From assembly GCA_965214655.1 (NCBI GenBank), contig OZ243965.1, positions 141,033-205,032 on the forward strand: a stretch of DNA of 64,000 bases, in the 5' to 3' direction. The DNA comes from Bryobacterales bacterium (GTDB taxonomy: Bacteria > Acidobacteriota > Terriglobia > Bryobacterales > UBA6623). The translations under genes and the position numbers were made by a program. Of the stretch, positions 36,458-46,144 are shown piece by piece. The stretch's first letter is position 1, and each line of letters begins with the position of its first letter. A model generated the notes under the pieces. The model was not told the origin of the DNA. It did no database searches and saw only the letters and a program-made list of their open reading frames with translations.

Positions 36458-37723
36458 ATGCGCATGCTGCTGCTTTTGCTCGCGGTCGTAGGCTCGGCGC
36501 TTGCCGCCGCGCCGGAAAAGCCCAACATCGTCTTCATCATGGCCGACGACGTCGGCGACCAGGCCGTCGGCTGCTACGGAGGCCAATCGTATGCAACCCC
36601 GCGGGTGGACGCCTTGGCCGCCGGCGGCATGCGCTTCCGGCATTGCTACTCGATGCCGGTATGCCATCCGTCGCGCATCGCCATCATGACCGGCAAGTAC
36701 CCGTTCCGGGTCGGCAGCCCGCGCTGGGGCGCCTTCCCGCGGGCCGAAGAGGCGGGCGCGATCGGCAACGCGCTGAAAAAGTCGGGCTACGCGACGGCGG
36801 TCGCCGGCAAATGGCAACTGACCATGCTGCGCGACGAGCCCGATCACCCGCACCGGCTGGGCTTCGACGCCTACGCGCTTTTCGGCTGGCATGAAGGGCC
36901 GCGCTATTACCGGCCGATGATCTACCACAACGGCCGCGTGCGCTCCGACGTGAGCGACCGCTACGGCCCCGACGTTTACGTCGAGTTTCTCGCGGACTTC
37001 ATCGCGCGCCACAAAGACCGTCCGTTCTTTGCCTACTACCCGATGGCGCTGGCCCACGACGTGACCGACGACATCGGCTCGCCGCCGCCGCTGGGCCCGC
37101 AGGGCCACTACGACAGTTACAAGGTCATGGTCGAGAACATGGACGAACGCGTAGGGCGGATCGTGGACGCCCTGGACGAAGCGGGCGTCCGCAAGCGCAC
37201 GCTGGTGATCTTTACGGCCGATAACGGGACGCCGAAAAGCTCTTACTACACGGCGCAGGATCAGCAGATGCTGAAGCAGCCGATCGAGTTTGTGTGGAAG
37301 GGGCAAACGATCAAGGGCGGCAAGGGCGAATTCACCGATGCGGGGACGCGCGTCCCGCTGATCGCCAATTGGCCGGGCGTGCTCGATGCCGGCTCGGTGG
37401 TCGACGACCTCGTGGATTTCAGCGATTGGCTGCCCACGTTCGTCGAATTGGCCGGCGGAGCCCCGCCCGCCGGACTCGACGGCAAGAGTCTGGCGCCGCG
37501 GCTGCGCGGCGAGGGGCCGGGCGCGCGGCGTTACGCTTTCGCCGAACGCAACGAGACGCGAACGATTCGCACGCAGCGCTGGAAACTGTACGATGACGGA
37601 CGGCTGTTCGACATGTCGCCGGGACGGCAGGAAGAAAACCCCGTTCCGCTCGGCCGGTCGAGCGCGGAGGCCCACGAAGCCCGTCTCGAACTGACGCAAG
37701 CGATGCGCGCGATCGTGCGCTAG
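36458..37723 (+). CDS. Sulfatase
   Basis: KPNIVFIMADDVG, CHPSRIAIMTGKY, AGKWQL, ADNG, GTRVPLI. Confidence 0.92.
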   Translation: MRMLLLLLAVVGSALAAAPEKPNIVFIMADDVGDQAVGCYGGQSYATPRVDALAAGGMRFRHCYSMPVCHPSRIAIMTGKYPFRVGSPRWGAFPRAEEAGAIGNALKKSGYATAVAGKWQLTMLRDEPDHPHRLGFDAYALFGWHEGPRYYRPMIYHNGRVRSDVSDRYGPDVYVEFLADFIARHKDRPFFAYYPMALAHDVTDDIGSPPPLGPQGHYDSYKVMVENMDERVGRIVDALDEAGVRKRTLVIFTADNGTPKSSYYTAQDQQMLKQPIEFVWKGQTIKGGKGEFTDAGTRVPLIANWPGVLDAGSVVDDLVDFSDWLPTFVELAGGAPPAGLDGKSLAPRLRGEGPGARRYAFAERNETRTIRTQRWKLYDDGRLFDMSPGRQEENPVPLGRSSAEAHEARLELTQAMRAIVR

Positions 37724-37984
37724 CAGTCCGCGGGGAAAGCAGCGTGGGCGGCGCGACGGGCTCCTGCGGTCGCTCGGCGAGGAGATGAGGAGGGAGGCGA
37801 TCCGGGAGATCACCCCCGACGAACGACGAGGCCGACGGCCGCAAATGCCTGTCGCCCAAAGGTTTACGCGCCCTGAACTGCCGGCCCGGTAGCATACGCC
37901 CTGTCGAGTCGCTCGATCGCCCACACGATACTTCATCGGCCCCGGGCGCATAACGGCGCTTGCGTGACTTTTGCCGCGGACTGC
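37721..37984. mobile_element. ~260-bp MITE-like structured repeat, copy 3
   Basis: GCAGTCCGCGG ... CCGCGGACTGC perfect TIR core; near-identical to copy 1; begins at the sulfatase TAG stop. Confidence 0.85.
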
Positions 37985-38005
37985 CGGGGTTGCTAAAATC
38001 CCGGT

Positions 38006-38905
38006 TTGCGGGTCATCGTTTTCGGCGCGGGCGGGCAACTCGGCACGGCTCTGATCCGGGAATGCCGCAAGCGCGGCCACAACATCCTGGCGCTGCGGCG
38101 CGAGAAGCTCGACGTCGCCGACGCGGCGGCCGTGCTCGATACCATCGAGCGCTATCGGCCGCATTGGGTGATCAACGCCGCGGCCTATAACAAAGTCGAT
38201 CTCGCCGAAACCGAGCCCGAGGCGGCGATGCGCGTCAACGCGGTCGCCGTGCAAGGCATCGCCGCGGCTTGCGCGGAAACGGGGGCGACTCTGCTCCACT
38301 ACTCCACCGACCACGTTTTCCGCGGGGACAAGAGCGCGCCCTACACCGAGCAAGACCGGCCGCAGCCGCCCTCGACCTACGCGATTTCCAAGCTCGCCGG
38401 CGAGCTTTTCGTCGGGGCGTACTGCGAAAGGCGGTACGTCGTTCGCGTTGCCGGGGTCTTCGGACCGGCGGGTCGCTATACGAACCACGGCAATTTCCCG
38501 GAGCTGATCCTGCGCAAGGCGGCGGAAGGGACGCCCCTACGGGTGGTGCGGGACTTTATCGCCACGCCGACGTACGGCCCGGCGCTGGCTGCCCGCTCGG
38601 TCGATCTTTTGGAGAAAAAGATTCCCTACGGCCTCTACCACCTGGGCGGCGGCGAAGAGATTTCATGGTACGGCTTCGCACTGAAAATCGCCGCGGCGGC
38701 AGGAAAGGAAGCCGACATCTCCGCCGTTACGCGCCGCGAGTACCCGACGGCCGCCAAGAGGCCCCGCTATGCGGCGCTGGCCAACGCCAAGATCGAGTCG
38801 GCGGGCATCTTGCCCATGCCCGGCTTGGCCGACTGCCTCGCCGAATACATGGAGTTGCGCAAGCGCGAGCGCCCGCGGCGGGCTAAAACCTCAGCCTCAG
38901 GGTAA
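38006..38905 (+). CDS. rfbD: dTDP-4-dehydrorhamnose reductase
   Basis: VFGAGGQLG, VINAAAYNKVD.AE, YSTDHVF.G, YAISKLAGE, TPTY, AKRPRY; TTG start. Confidence 0.92.
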   Translation: MRVIVFGAGGQLGTALIRECRKRGHNILALRREKLDVADAAAVLDTIERYRPHWVINAAAYNKVDLAETEPEAAMRVNAVAVQGIAAACAETGATLLHYSTDHVFRGDKSAPYTEQDRPQPPSTYAISKLAGELFVGAYCERRYVVRVAGVFGPAGRYTNHGNFPELILRKAAEGTPLRVVRDFIATPTYGPALAARSVDLLEKKIPYGLYHLGGGEEISWYGFALKIAAAAGKEADISAVTRREYPTAAKRPRYAALANAKIESAGILPMPGLADCLAEYMELRKRERPRRAKTSASG

Positions 38906-41672
38906 AGCGGAACGTTCTGCCGTCGTTGAGCGTGTTGTTGATCTGCCCGAAATTCGGGGCGGTCAGCGATTTTCCGGGCTCCGCGAATTGTGGCGTGTTG
39001 AACAGGTTGATCGCCTCGACGCGGAAGGTTGCCGAGGCGTCGCCGACGATGGGCCACGTGCGCTCCAGGGCGGCGTTGACGTTGGCGATCTTCCCCTTGC
39101 GGAACGTGTTGCGGCCAAGATTGCCGGCAAGCTCGGCGGGCGCCCGAATGAAGCGGAAAACGGAACGCGGCAGCAGCGCCGCGGAGGTGTCCGGGTCGCC
39201 GATCGTCCGCCCCAGGATCGAAGGGTCGAGCAGCATCGGCCGGTCGCCGCTGCGCCCGTCGACATTGCCCCGCCCCGGGCCGTCGGAGCCGGAATCGACG
39301 GTAAACGGAGTGCCGGACCTGAGCAGCGTGACCGTCGACAAGCTCCACCTGCCGAACGTTTTCCGCAGCCAACCGCGCCGCAGATCGGGCATGCGGTAAC
39401 CGGCCTGGAGCAGAAAAGCGTGGGGCTGGTCGAAGTTGCTGAGGCCGCGGATGTCCGGCTGCGACAGAGCTTCCGTCTGGGCGACGGCGTCGCGGGCGTC
39501 CTGCGGAGAGGCGGTGTTGCTGAAAGAGCCGCCCAAGTCGATCGCCTTGCCGAACCAGTACGCGGCGTTCAGCGTCAGGCCGCGCCACTGCGGGGCAAGC
39601 AGAGAAACGCGGGCGGCGTCGTAGAAAGCGCGCGAGCCGTTGTGTCCGAACAGGTGCTCGTAGACGTCTTGGTTCGCCCGGCGGCGATTCACAGTGGCGC
39701 TGGTCAGCGGAACGCCTGCGACGACCCTGCCGCGGTTGAGAAAGTACGTCAGGAAAAGCTTGTGCGAGCGGCTGCCGACGTAACCGAGCTGCAGTCTCCA
39801 ATCCGAACGCGACCGCATCTCCCAACTGAAATTGTATTGATGGGAGTACGGCGCCGCCAGATCGCCGCCGAGCTCGATGAGCGTGGAGCGGCTGTTGGGG
39901 TCGAGGTCTTCGAAGCGCAGGCCGGCCAGAGGATCGTCCAGGTTCGGCGTGCGGATGTTGACACGCAGCGTGTGCGGCCGGTTCAGACGGTGCTGCCCGT
40001 AAGTCACCGGAAAGATCTGCCCGTAGAGCAGCGCATAGGCGCCGCGCAGCACGCCCCGGCCCCCACCCGGCCGATAAGCGAAGCCGAAGGAGGGGCTCCA
40101 ATTGTTCAGATCGGAAGAGTAGGGCAGATCGCTGCGGCCGGTGACGTCGACAGGCTTGAAAATCGGCTCCCAGCGAAGGCCGAAATCCAGCGAAAGAGCG
40201 GGCGCCGCCCGCCATCCTCCGCCGATGAAAAAGCGCATGTCCCAATTGCGGAACCCGCGGTAGGTCGTGCCTATCGACTGGATGAGGAAGCTGGGGGTTC
40301 CCAGGCGCATGTTGGTGATGGCGTCGCGTCCAAGATCGTTGCGGAACGACAAGATGCCGCGGTGGCCCTCGGTTTCCTCGCCGTTGTATTGCAGTCGGGC
40401 AAGCGCGAACCCGGCGGTCAGGCGGCGGCGTCCGGCGGCGTGGCGCAGCGTTCCGGCGTAGCGGAAGCGGTTCTGCGCGCGGTCGATGGGAATGAACGGG
40501 CGCGGGCCGAGGCTGGTCAAGGCGCGGCCGACCGAGACCGGGCCTACCGCCCCTTGCGCGGCGACGAGCAGCGATCCGAGGCGGTCGAAACCGATGGAAA
40601 AATCGGTGATCGTGCGAGGATTCCAGACGCGGTTCCAGGTCAGCCGGGCGCTATGCGACTTCGTGTCGGTGTCAGGATTCTGGCCCTTGACAAGCTGGAA
40701 GGCGTCGACGTTTTGCGCGGTAAACGCGTAGCGGGCGGTAACGGCGTCGCGCCCGCCGAGGCTCTGATCCAGTTGCGTTCGCCCGCTGTCGGTGTCGATG
40801 CTCTGCAAGCTGTTGGCATTATGCGCGCGGGCGGCGATATCGGGGCGGTTCGGCGGCCCGCTCGGGTAGGCGTCGATGAAGCGTTGCACGATGGCGCGCA
40901 ACTCCGGGGCGGCCGCCAGAGGCGCGCGTTCCTCGGGCAAAGGGATCAGGATATTGCCGTTGACGTTGCCGCGAATCTTGTTTTGCGAGCCTTGCGCGGT
41001 GAGGTAGCCGCCTTCCCACAGGGATGTCCCCAGCAATCCTCCATAGTGGTTCTCGCGGGCCGGCTGCACGTCCCCGACCTGGAAAAACGAGCGGGCGCTG
41101 AAGACGCTGTTGTTGTGGCTCCAGAAGACATTGCCGTGCGCAGCGGCGCGGGCGCCCGCCGAAGCATGCACGGCCGGAGTCGGCGCGGCGCCGAACTCGG
41201 CGCCGAAATAGCCGCGCTCGACGCGGAACTCCTCGACGATGGTCGCCGTAGCGCCCAGCCGCACGTTGAGCTCCTTGAGGGCGTTGTTGTCGACCAGGTT
41301 GAACTGGACGTTCTCGTTGCGGCGGCTTTCGCCCGAGTCGGCGTCGGTCTCTCCGAGCAGATTGAGGGCGGTTCTGCTGTCGTCCCGCTCGAGGCCGCCC
41401 GGCGCGGATTCAGACACTGCGGATTCGGCCGCTGCGGATTCAGACGCGCCGGGCGGGGCTTCGTCCGCCTCGCCCTTGCCGGCCGTCTGGGCTTGCAGGC
41501 CGGCGGCGAGAGCGGCAGCCGCGCAAACGAAAGCGCCGCGCAGGACGATTCGCGGGAAAAAAGCGGAAAGCAATCGCGGCGCGCGCCGCCGCGTTTTCCT
41601 CGTTGAACCCGTTCGCTGCGCGGCTCGTGGCCCGCAGCTTGTTTTCTCGATGTTTCTCAGGAGTTTTTTCAC
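38883..41672 (-). CDS. Oar-like TonB-dependent receptor barrel protein with an atypical N-terminus
   Basis: RRNENV..DNNA, FSARSFFQ, NNWSPSFGFAY, YVGSRS, GNLGRNTFR, FRVEAINLFNTPQF, FTLRLRF; true start uncertain. Confidence 0.85.
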   Translation of the reverse strand: MKKLLRNIEKTSCGPRAAQRTGSTRKTRRRAPRLLSAFFPRIVLRGAFVCAAAALAAGLQAQTAGKGEADEAPPGASESAAAESAVSESAPGGLERDDSRTALNLLGETDADSGESRRNENVQFNLVDNNALKELNVRLGATATIVEEFRVERGYFGAEFGAAPTPAVHASAGARAAAHGNVFWSHNNSVFSARSFFQVGDVQPARENHYGGLLGTSLWEGGYLTAQGSQNKIRGNVNGNILIPLPEERAPLAAAPELRAIVQRFIDAYPSGPPNRPDIAARAHNANSLQSIDTDSGRTQLDQSLGGRDAVTARYAFTAQNVDAFQLVKGQNPDTDTKSHSARLTWNRVWNPRTITDFSIGFDRLGSLLVAAQGAVGPVSVGRALTSLGPRPFIPIDRAQNRFRYAGTLRHAAGRRRLTAGFALARLQYNGEETEGHRGILSFRNDLGRDAITNMRLGTPSFLIQSIGTTYRGFRNWDMRFFIGGGWRAAPALSLDFGLRWEPIFKPVDVTGRSDLPYSSDLNNWSPSFGFAYRPGGGRGVLRGAYALLYGQIFPVTYGQHRLNRPHTLRVNIRTPNLDDPLAGLRFEDLDPNSRSTLIELGGDLAAPYSHQYNFSWEMRSRSDWRLQLGYVGSRSHKLFLTYFLNRGRVVAGVPLTSATVNRRRANQDVYEHLFGHNGSRAFYDAARVSLLAPQWRGLTLNAAYWFGKAIDLGGSFSNTASPQDARDAVAQTEALSQPDIRGLSNFDQPHAFLLQAGYRMPDLRRGWLRKTFGRWSLSTVTLLRSGTPFTVDSGSDGPGRGNVDGRSGDRPMLLDPSILGRTIGDPDTSAALLPRSVFRFIRAPAELAGNLGRNTFRKGKIANVNAALERTWPIVGDASATFRVEAINLFNTPQFAEPGKSLTAPNFGQINNTLNDGRTFRFTLRLRF

Positions 41673-42097
41673 AAACCGTTGCGGTACGCTCCATTATCGG
41701 CGGGCGGACGACGCGCCGCAATCATCGGCGCAAGCAAAGCTTTCCCGACGCAGAGCCCGCGCGGACCTCTGTTGCAATCGCAAGACAAGCCTGAAGGAGG
41801 GCCGCGGGCGCTGCGGGTAGGAGTAACTGCAGGATAAGGACCTTGAAAAAAACACGTACTTTAAGGTCTTTTGGACCTCCTGCAGGAGATCTACGAAAAC
41901 AGGACAACCACGACCGTTTCAGCGCAGCAACCACAGGGGGGCGCCGCTGAGACAAGAACCGGGGCCTTGTTCTCTATAGCACAGTTGCGGTTTGCCGCGA
42001 CTGTGCAAAGATTGTAAGGACTTGTGGCGGGGCATGCGGCGGCGGCGAATCGAGACGGAGCGGGGCAAGGCATAGAAAGAAGGCATAGAGCAGCGGC

Positions 42098-42451
42098 ATG
42101 ACGGCAGTTACGACCAGAAGAAAGGGGAGAAAAAGGAGAAAGTGGCTGAGCAAGGTTGGGGCGGTCGTCGGGGCGGTCGTTTGGGCGGCGGGCGCGGCGC
42201 CGCTGCGGATGCCGGCGCAGGGGTGGCGGACGATGCGCGCGCCGCTGAACCTGCGCGCGGAATTCCAGGCCCGGGGAGGCCGCTTCCTGCACAAGGGCAA
42301 GGAGCGGGTGACGCTCGTCGGGAGGTTGACCGACGCGCGCGGCAGATCGCGGTCGGTGAGTCTGATTCGCGACATCCGGGGGCGCTTCCGGCCGGCCTTC
42401 GACGGGGCGCGGGAGAGCAGCCGGGGAGGCGCGCTGAGCGCGGGGGACTGA
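42098..42451 (+). CDS. Hypothetical or degraded ORF upstream of the Rhs locus
   Basis: Basic N-terminus plus a hydrophobic segment; G-rich codon style like the downstream Rhs gene; no family recognised. Confidence 0.35.
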   Translation: MTAVTTRRKGRKRRKWLSKVGAVVGAVVWAAGAAPLRMPAQGWRTMRAPLNLRAEFQARGGRFLHKGKERVTLVGRLTDARGRSRSVSLIRDIRGRFRPAFDGARESSRGGALSAGD

Positions 42452-42455
42452 AGGC

Positions 42456-43517
42456 ATGGGTTGGCGGATGGCTTGGCGAAGAGTAATGTTTGGGCGCCGT
42501 GCGGCGTTGGCGGCGGGCTGCGCGCTGGTCGCGGCGGCGGGCTTGTGGGCGCAGCCGACGCCGCCGGCGGGGCAGCGCGGCAAGGGCGGCCGGGGGTGGC
42601 GGCCGGGCGGCGGGTTCCTGGTCAGCGAGATCGAGACGATCAACACGGTCAACGGCAACGTGCTGCTGCGCATCCCCTTGGCCTCGCTGCCGCCCGGGCG
42701 GGGCGGTTCGGCGTTCACCCTCGAGTTGCTGTACAACTCGCAGATCTGGGACGTGGACTCGGAATTGGTGGACGCGGGTCAGTATCCCGACACCGAAACC
42801 GTCTACGAGTTGCGGCACACACTGCAGGATTCCGCCCAAGGCGGCTGGCGCTATGGGTTCCAATACGGGCTCGAGTTCGAAGAGCGGATGGAGGTTCCCA
42901 GCCCTTACGGCGATTGCCGCTCAGTTTTCGACAAGTACACCACCAAGATGCGGGTGCATTTCCCGGACGGGAGCGCGCACCTGCTGCGGCTGGTCAACGC
43001 GGAGGACACCGTAGGGGACGACAACGGCGACGGTTTCTACGCCTACCATCCGGACGGCAGGCGAGACTTCTGCTACGCGGGGGGCAGCGACATCAGCGGC
43101 GACATGCGTTACGTGACGACCGACGGCACGTACGCGCACGTGACGATCCACCGCGGTACGGAGGACTACTAGGGACAACGGCGCTGGACGATCCATTTCA
43201 ACGACGGGCGGCGGGTGGAGGGCCGATCCGGCCAGACGGAGCGGCTTGTCGACCGCAACGGCAACACGATCCGCGTGCTGCGCAGCACCGACTGCACGTA
43301 TGGAGAAGGGTCAGACCTGCAGGAGGAGCGCCCCTGTACGAAATTGAGGGACGATCTGGGGCGCGAGATCAAGATTATTCGCTTGAGCGACGGCGACGAG
43401 ATCGTCACGGCGCCGGGCTACAGGGGCGAGTTGGAGTGGGAGATCGAGCGCGGCACGGTGGACATGAGCGGGGGCACCTACTCCTGCGTCGGCGATGAAT
43501 CACTAGCCGAAGTTTAA
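42456..43517 (+). pseudogene. N-terminal part of an Rhs/YD-repeat protein with an internal TAG and an IS interruption
   Basis: Signal peptide; ETINTVNGNVLLRIPL..PGRGG..L.L.YNS and DRNGNTI motifs typical of Rhs N-regions; in-frame TAG at 43170-43172, reading frame continues to the IS end near 43503. Confidence 0.75.
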
Positions 43518-44928
43518 CAGCGTGAAATTCAAGTCATTATGAATCAATGATTTACGCCGATGGGAAGACTCGAGTGGCACTACAAGCGGGGGTCAAGCGG
43601 TGAGATCGGTTGGTCAGACGAGCGTCTTGCAAACGCCTCCGGGGTGGGGGTCGACACCGAGCGCGTTGTAGATGTTCAACTGTTTGGGTTCGGCTTGCGT
43701 GGCCGTGCGCACATGCAGCGTGCGTCCGTCGGGGCGGCGGAAGGTGGCGGTGACGCGCTGCTGGCCGTCGAGGATGCGGCGCAAGGTGGTCCAACTGGCC
43801 TGGTTGCCGTGCCCGCGCAGGCGAGTGCGGATGACCTGCACGAGTTGGTAGGCGATGACGGTGAGGAACAGGTGACCGTCGGTTCGCTGCGGCTTGTGGT
43901 GATAGATGGGGCGCAGGCCGAGTTCGGACTTCAGCGAGCGGAAGACGGCCTCCACGTCCGTGAGGGTGGTGTAGGTGCGCCACAGGGCGTCTGCGTCCCA
44001 GGCCAGCTCGTTGCTGCGCAGGCAGTAGACGCCGGGATGGGTCGCCATCGAGCCGTCCTGGGGACGGCGGGACCAGGTGACGGCGACGGCCTTTTTGCCG
44101 CTCTCGTCGGTGGCGACGGCAATCTGGTAGTGCGCGGCGACGCGGGAATGCTTCGTCTGCAAGCGCCCGATGCGCTGCCAGACTTGGTCCAGTCGCTTGT
44201 GGGCGCGGGGGCGCGCCAGCCCCTCGTGGAATTGGGTCAGGGCGGCCTCGTAGCGGGTGGCGAAACGCTCGACGATGGCCCGCTCCTTGTGGGCGCGCTC
44301 TTCGGAATAGCAGTACAGACGCACCTCGTCGGGGTCGGTCGAGACCACCTTGTGCAACTGCACGGTCTGCTTGGACTTGGTCTGAAGCGATACGGCGGCC
44401 GCAGCGTCGAAGCGGCGCTGCCGTTCGCGGCTGACGAGCAGATAGCGGTAGTCGTGGGCGCGCAACCACAGCAGGCAGGCTGCGCTGGCCACGCCGCGAT
44501 CCATGACCACGAGGGCGCCGGCCGGCGCATCCAGCGCCTCGAGCATGCCGGCCAGCGTGCGCTGTTCTCTGACGTTGCCGGCGAAAACCTGGGAGCGACG
44601 CACGAAGCCGCTGGCGTCGAGCATCAGCCCCAAGGTCAGCAGCGGACAGTCGCTGCGCCTCTCCTTCGAGTGCCCGCGTTGGGCCTGCGGCTGCGCGCGC
44701 GCCGCGCCTTCGAAGTAGGTGTTGGTCAGGTCGTAGAGGGTCACTGTTGGCTGCAGGTCGAACAGTCCCAGCGCACGGTCGAACAGTTGCGCCTCGGTCG
44801 CCGCGCGATGCCTCACCAGAGCGTCGGAGGCGCGGTAGAGCTGCATCGCGCGGACCGTCTCGAAGTCGAGGCGCCGGCGCCCGAGGCGTTCGCGCCTGCC
44901 CTCCCCGCCAGCGTGATCGTTCCCTATT
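43503..44928 (-). mobile_element. IS1634-family element, 5'-truncated transposase (ORF 43614..44846)
   Basis: LYDLTNTYFEG, RGHSKERRSDCPL, VVMDRG, YTTLTDVEAVFRSLKSELGLRPIYH (DDE); AT-rich terminal palindrome AAGTCATT-N7-AATGATTT at 43531-43553; N-terminus missing; boundaries approximate. Confidence 0.85.
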
Positions 44929-46132
44929 GAGCCACTTGTGAAACTCGTAGGGATTGCGATTCGATACGGTCCGGCGGCTCTGGAGAGTAATGTTGCCTGG
45001 GTTGCCCAAATCGGCGTCTGGTCTTACAAGAACCGGCGTCAAGCGAGAGCCTGGAACAGGCGGCTGTAACGTGTTCTCGACCGCGCGTCGAGGACATCGG
45101 CGGCTGCCTGACGCCGGTCAGGCGATGCGGTGAGAGGGGGCCGGTGGCCGGGACGTCCGGGATATGGTTCATGTCACAAGGCGCATGAGCTGGTCGGCAG
45201 TGAGAGCGAGGATGCCAAACATGCAATGGCACATCACCTTCGAGGCGCCACGGACTCGTACCTGGCGGGCGCCGAACTCGTCCTTCAGTCGGCCATTGAC
45301 GCGCTCACCCGCGGTGCGTTCGTTGTACCGGACCTGTTCAGGAAGCTGAAAGCCGATGCGCCGCAGGCGCCGGGCTTCAGCTTTCAGCTCCTCGGCCAGC
45401 GCCTTGTCGCGGCGGGGGTTGATGTCAATCAACGGGACGTGGCCGAGTGAGCGGCTGTGTTCGTGGACCGCTTCGGCATCGTAGGCCGAATCCATCAGGT
45501 CATAGCAGTTGGTCGTCCGCTCGGCCGACATCGTCGCCAGGGGAATGGCAGCCTGGCTGTCGTGCGTCGAGGCCGAGGTCAACAGGCAACTGATGGGGAC
45601 TTGGCCGTCGGCCACGTCGATGTGCAGCTTGTAGCTGACCCAGGTGTCGCGGTATCCCTTGCTGTTCTTCTTCGTGCCGACATCGCAGTCGGTCGGCAGG
45701 TCGTCGAGCATCTCCGGCAGGGTCATGGTGGACTGGCGTTCGAGCCGTGTGCGCCGCTTCGGTCGTTCTTCGCCCTTCTTCGGCCGTCCCCGCTTGCGCT
45801 TGCGAGGCGTCGGCGCCTTCTCCTTGACGGCAGGCTTCTCGCGGGCCTCGATGGCCGTCGAGTCGCGGGAGAGATGGCCCACCAACTGGTCGCCGTGGGT
45901 CTTGCGGACCAGCGTTTCGTGCACGCGTTGGGGCAACTGCGAGCGGGCGAATTCGGCGAAGGCGCGCGAGAAGACCGACTCGCTCGGCACCTGGCTCCGC
46001 CGTTCCCAGCCGCAGAGGCGCCGGAGCGCCACGTCGGTGTCCAGGCGGTCCAGCAGCGCGCGCGTGGTCGGCATGTCGTAGACCGCCTTGGCCACGAATG
46101 CCCGCGCCAGCGCGGCGCGGTCGCTCGGCGGG
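44929..46132 (-). mobile_element. IS5/IS1182-like (DDE) element with 5'-truncated transposase (coding 45169..~46132)
   Basis: RAFVAKAVY, PSESVFSRAF, SRDSTAIEAREKP, YKLHIDVADG, LMDSAYD, ERVNGRLKDEFG; putative right end GAGCCACTTGTGAAACTC at 44929; N-terminus fused directly to Rhs sequence. Exact family uncertain. Confidence 0.8.
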
Positions 46133-46144
46133 TCAGAGGAGACG

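Noticed and set aside
38769-41606. Long antisense or alternate-frame ORFs (e.g. 38769..41606 +, 12963..15593 -, 33963..36212 -, 22746..24605 -)
   Set aside because: Shadow ORFs typical of high-GC DNA; each overlaps a gene with clear family motifs and has none of its own.
43170-43172. TAG readthrough or recoding (pyrrolysine, suppressor) in the Rhs N-terminus
   Set aside because: TAG is a normal stop elsewhere in the window, no pyl genes or CUA tRNA are present, and the gene is also broken by IS elements.
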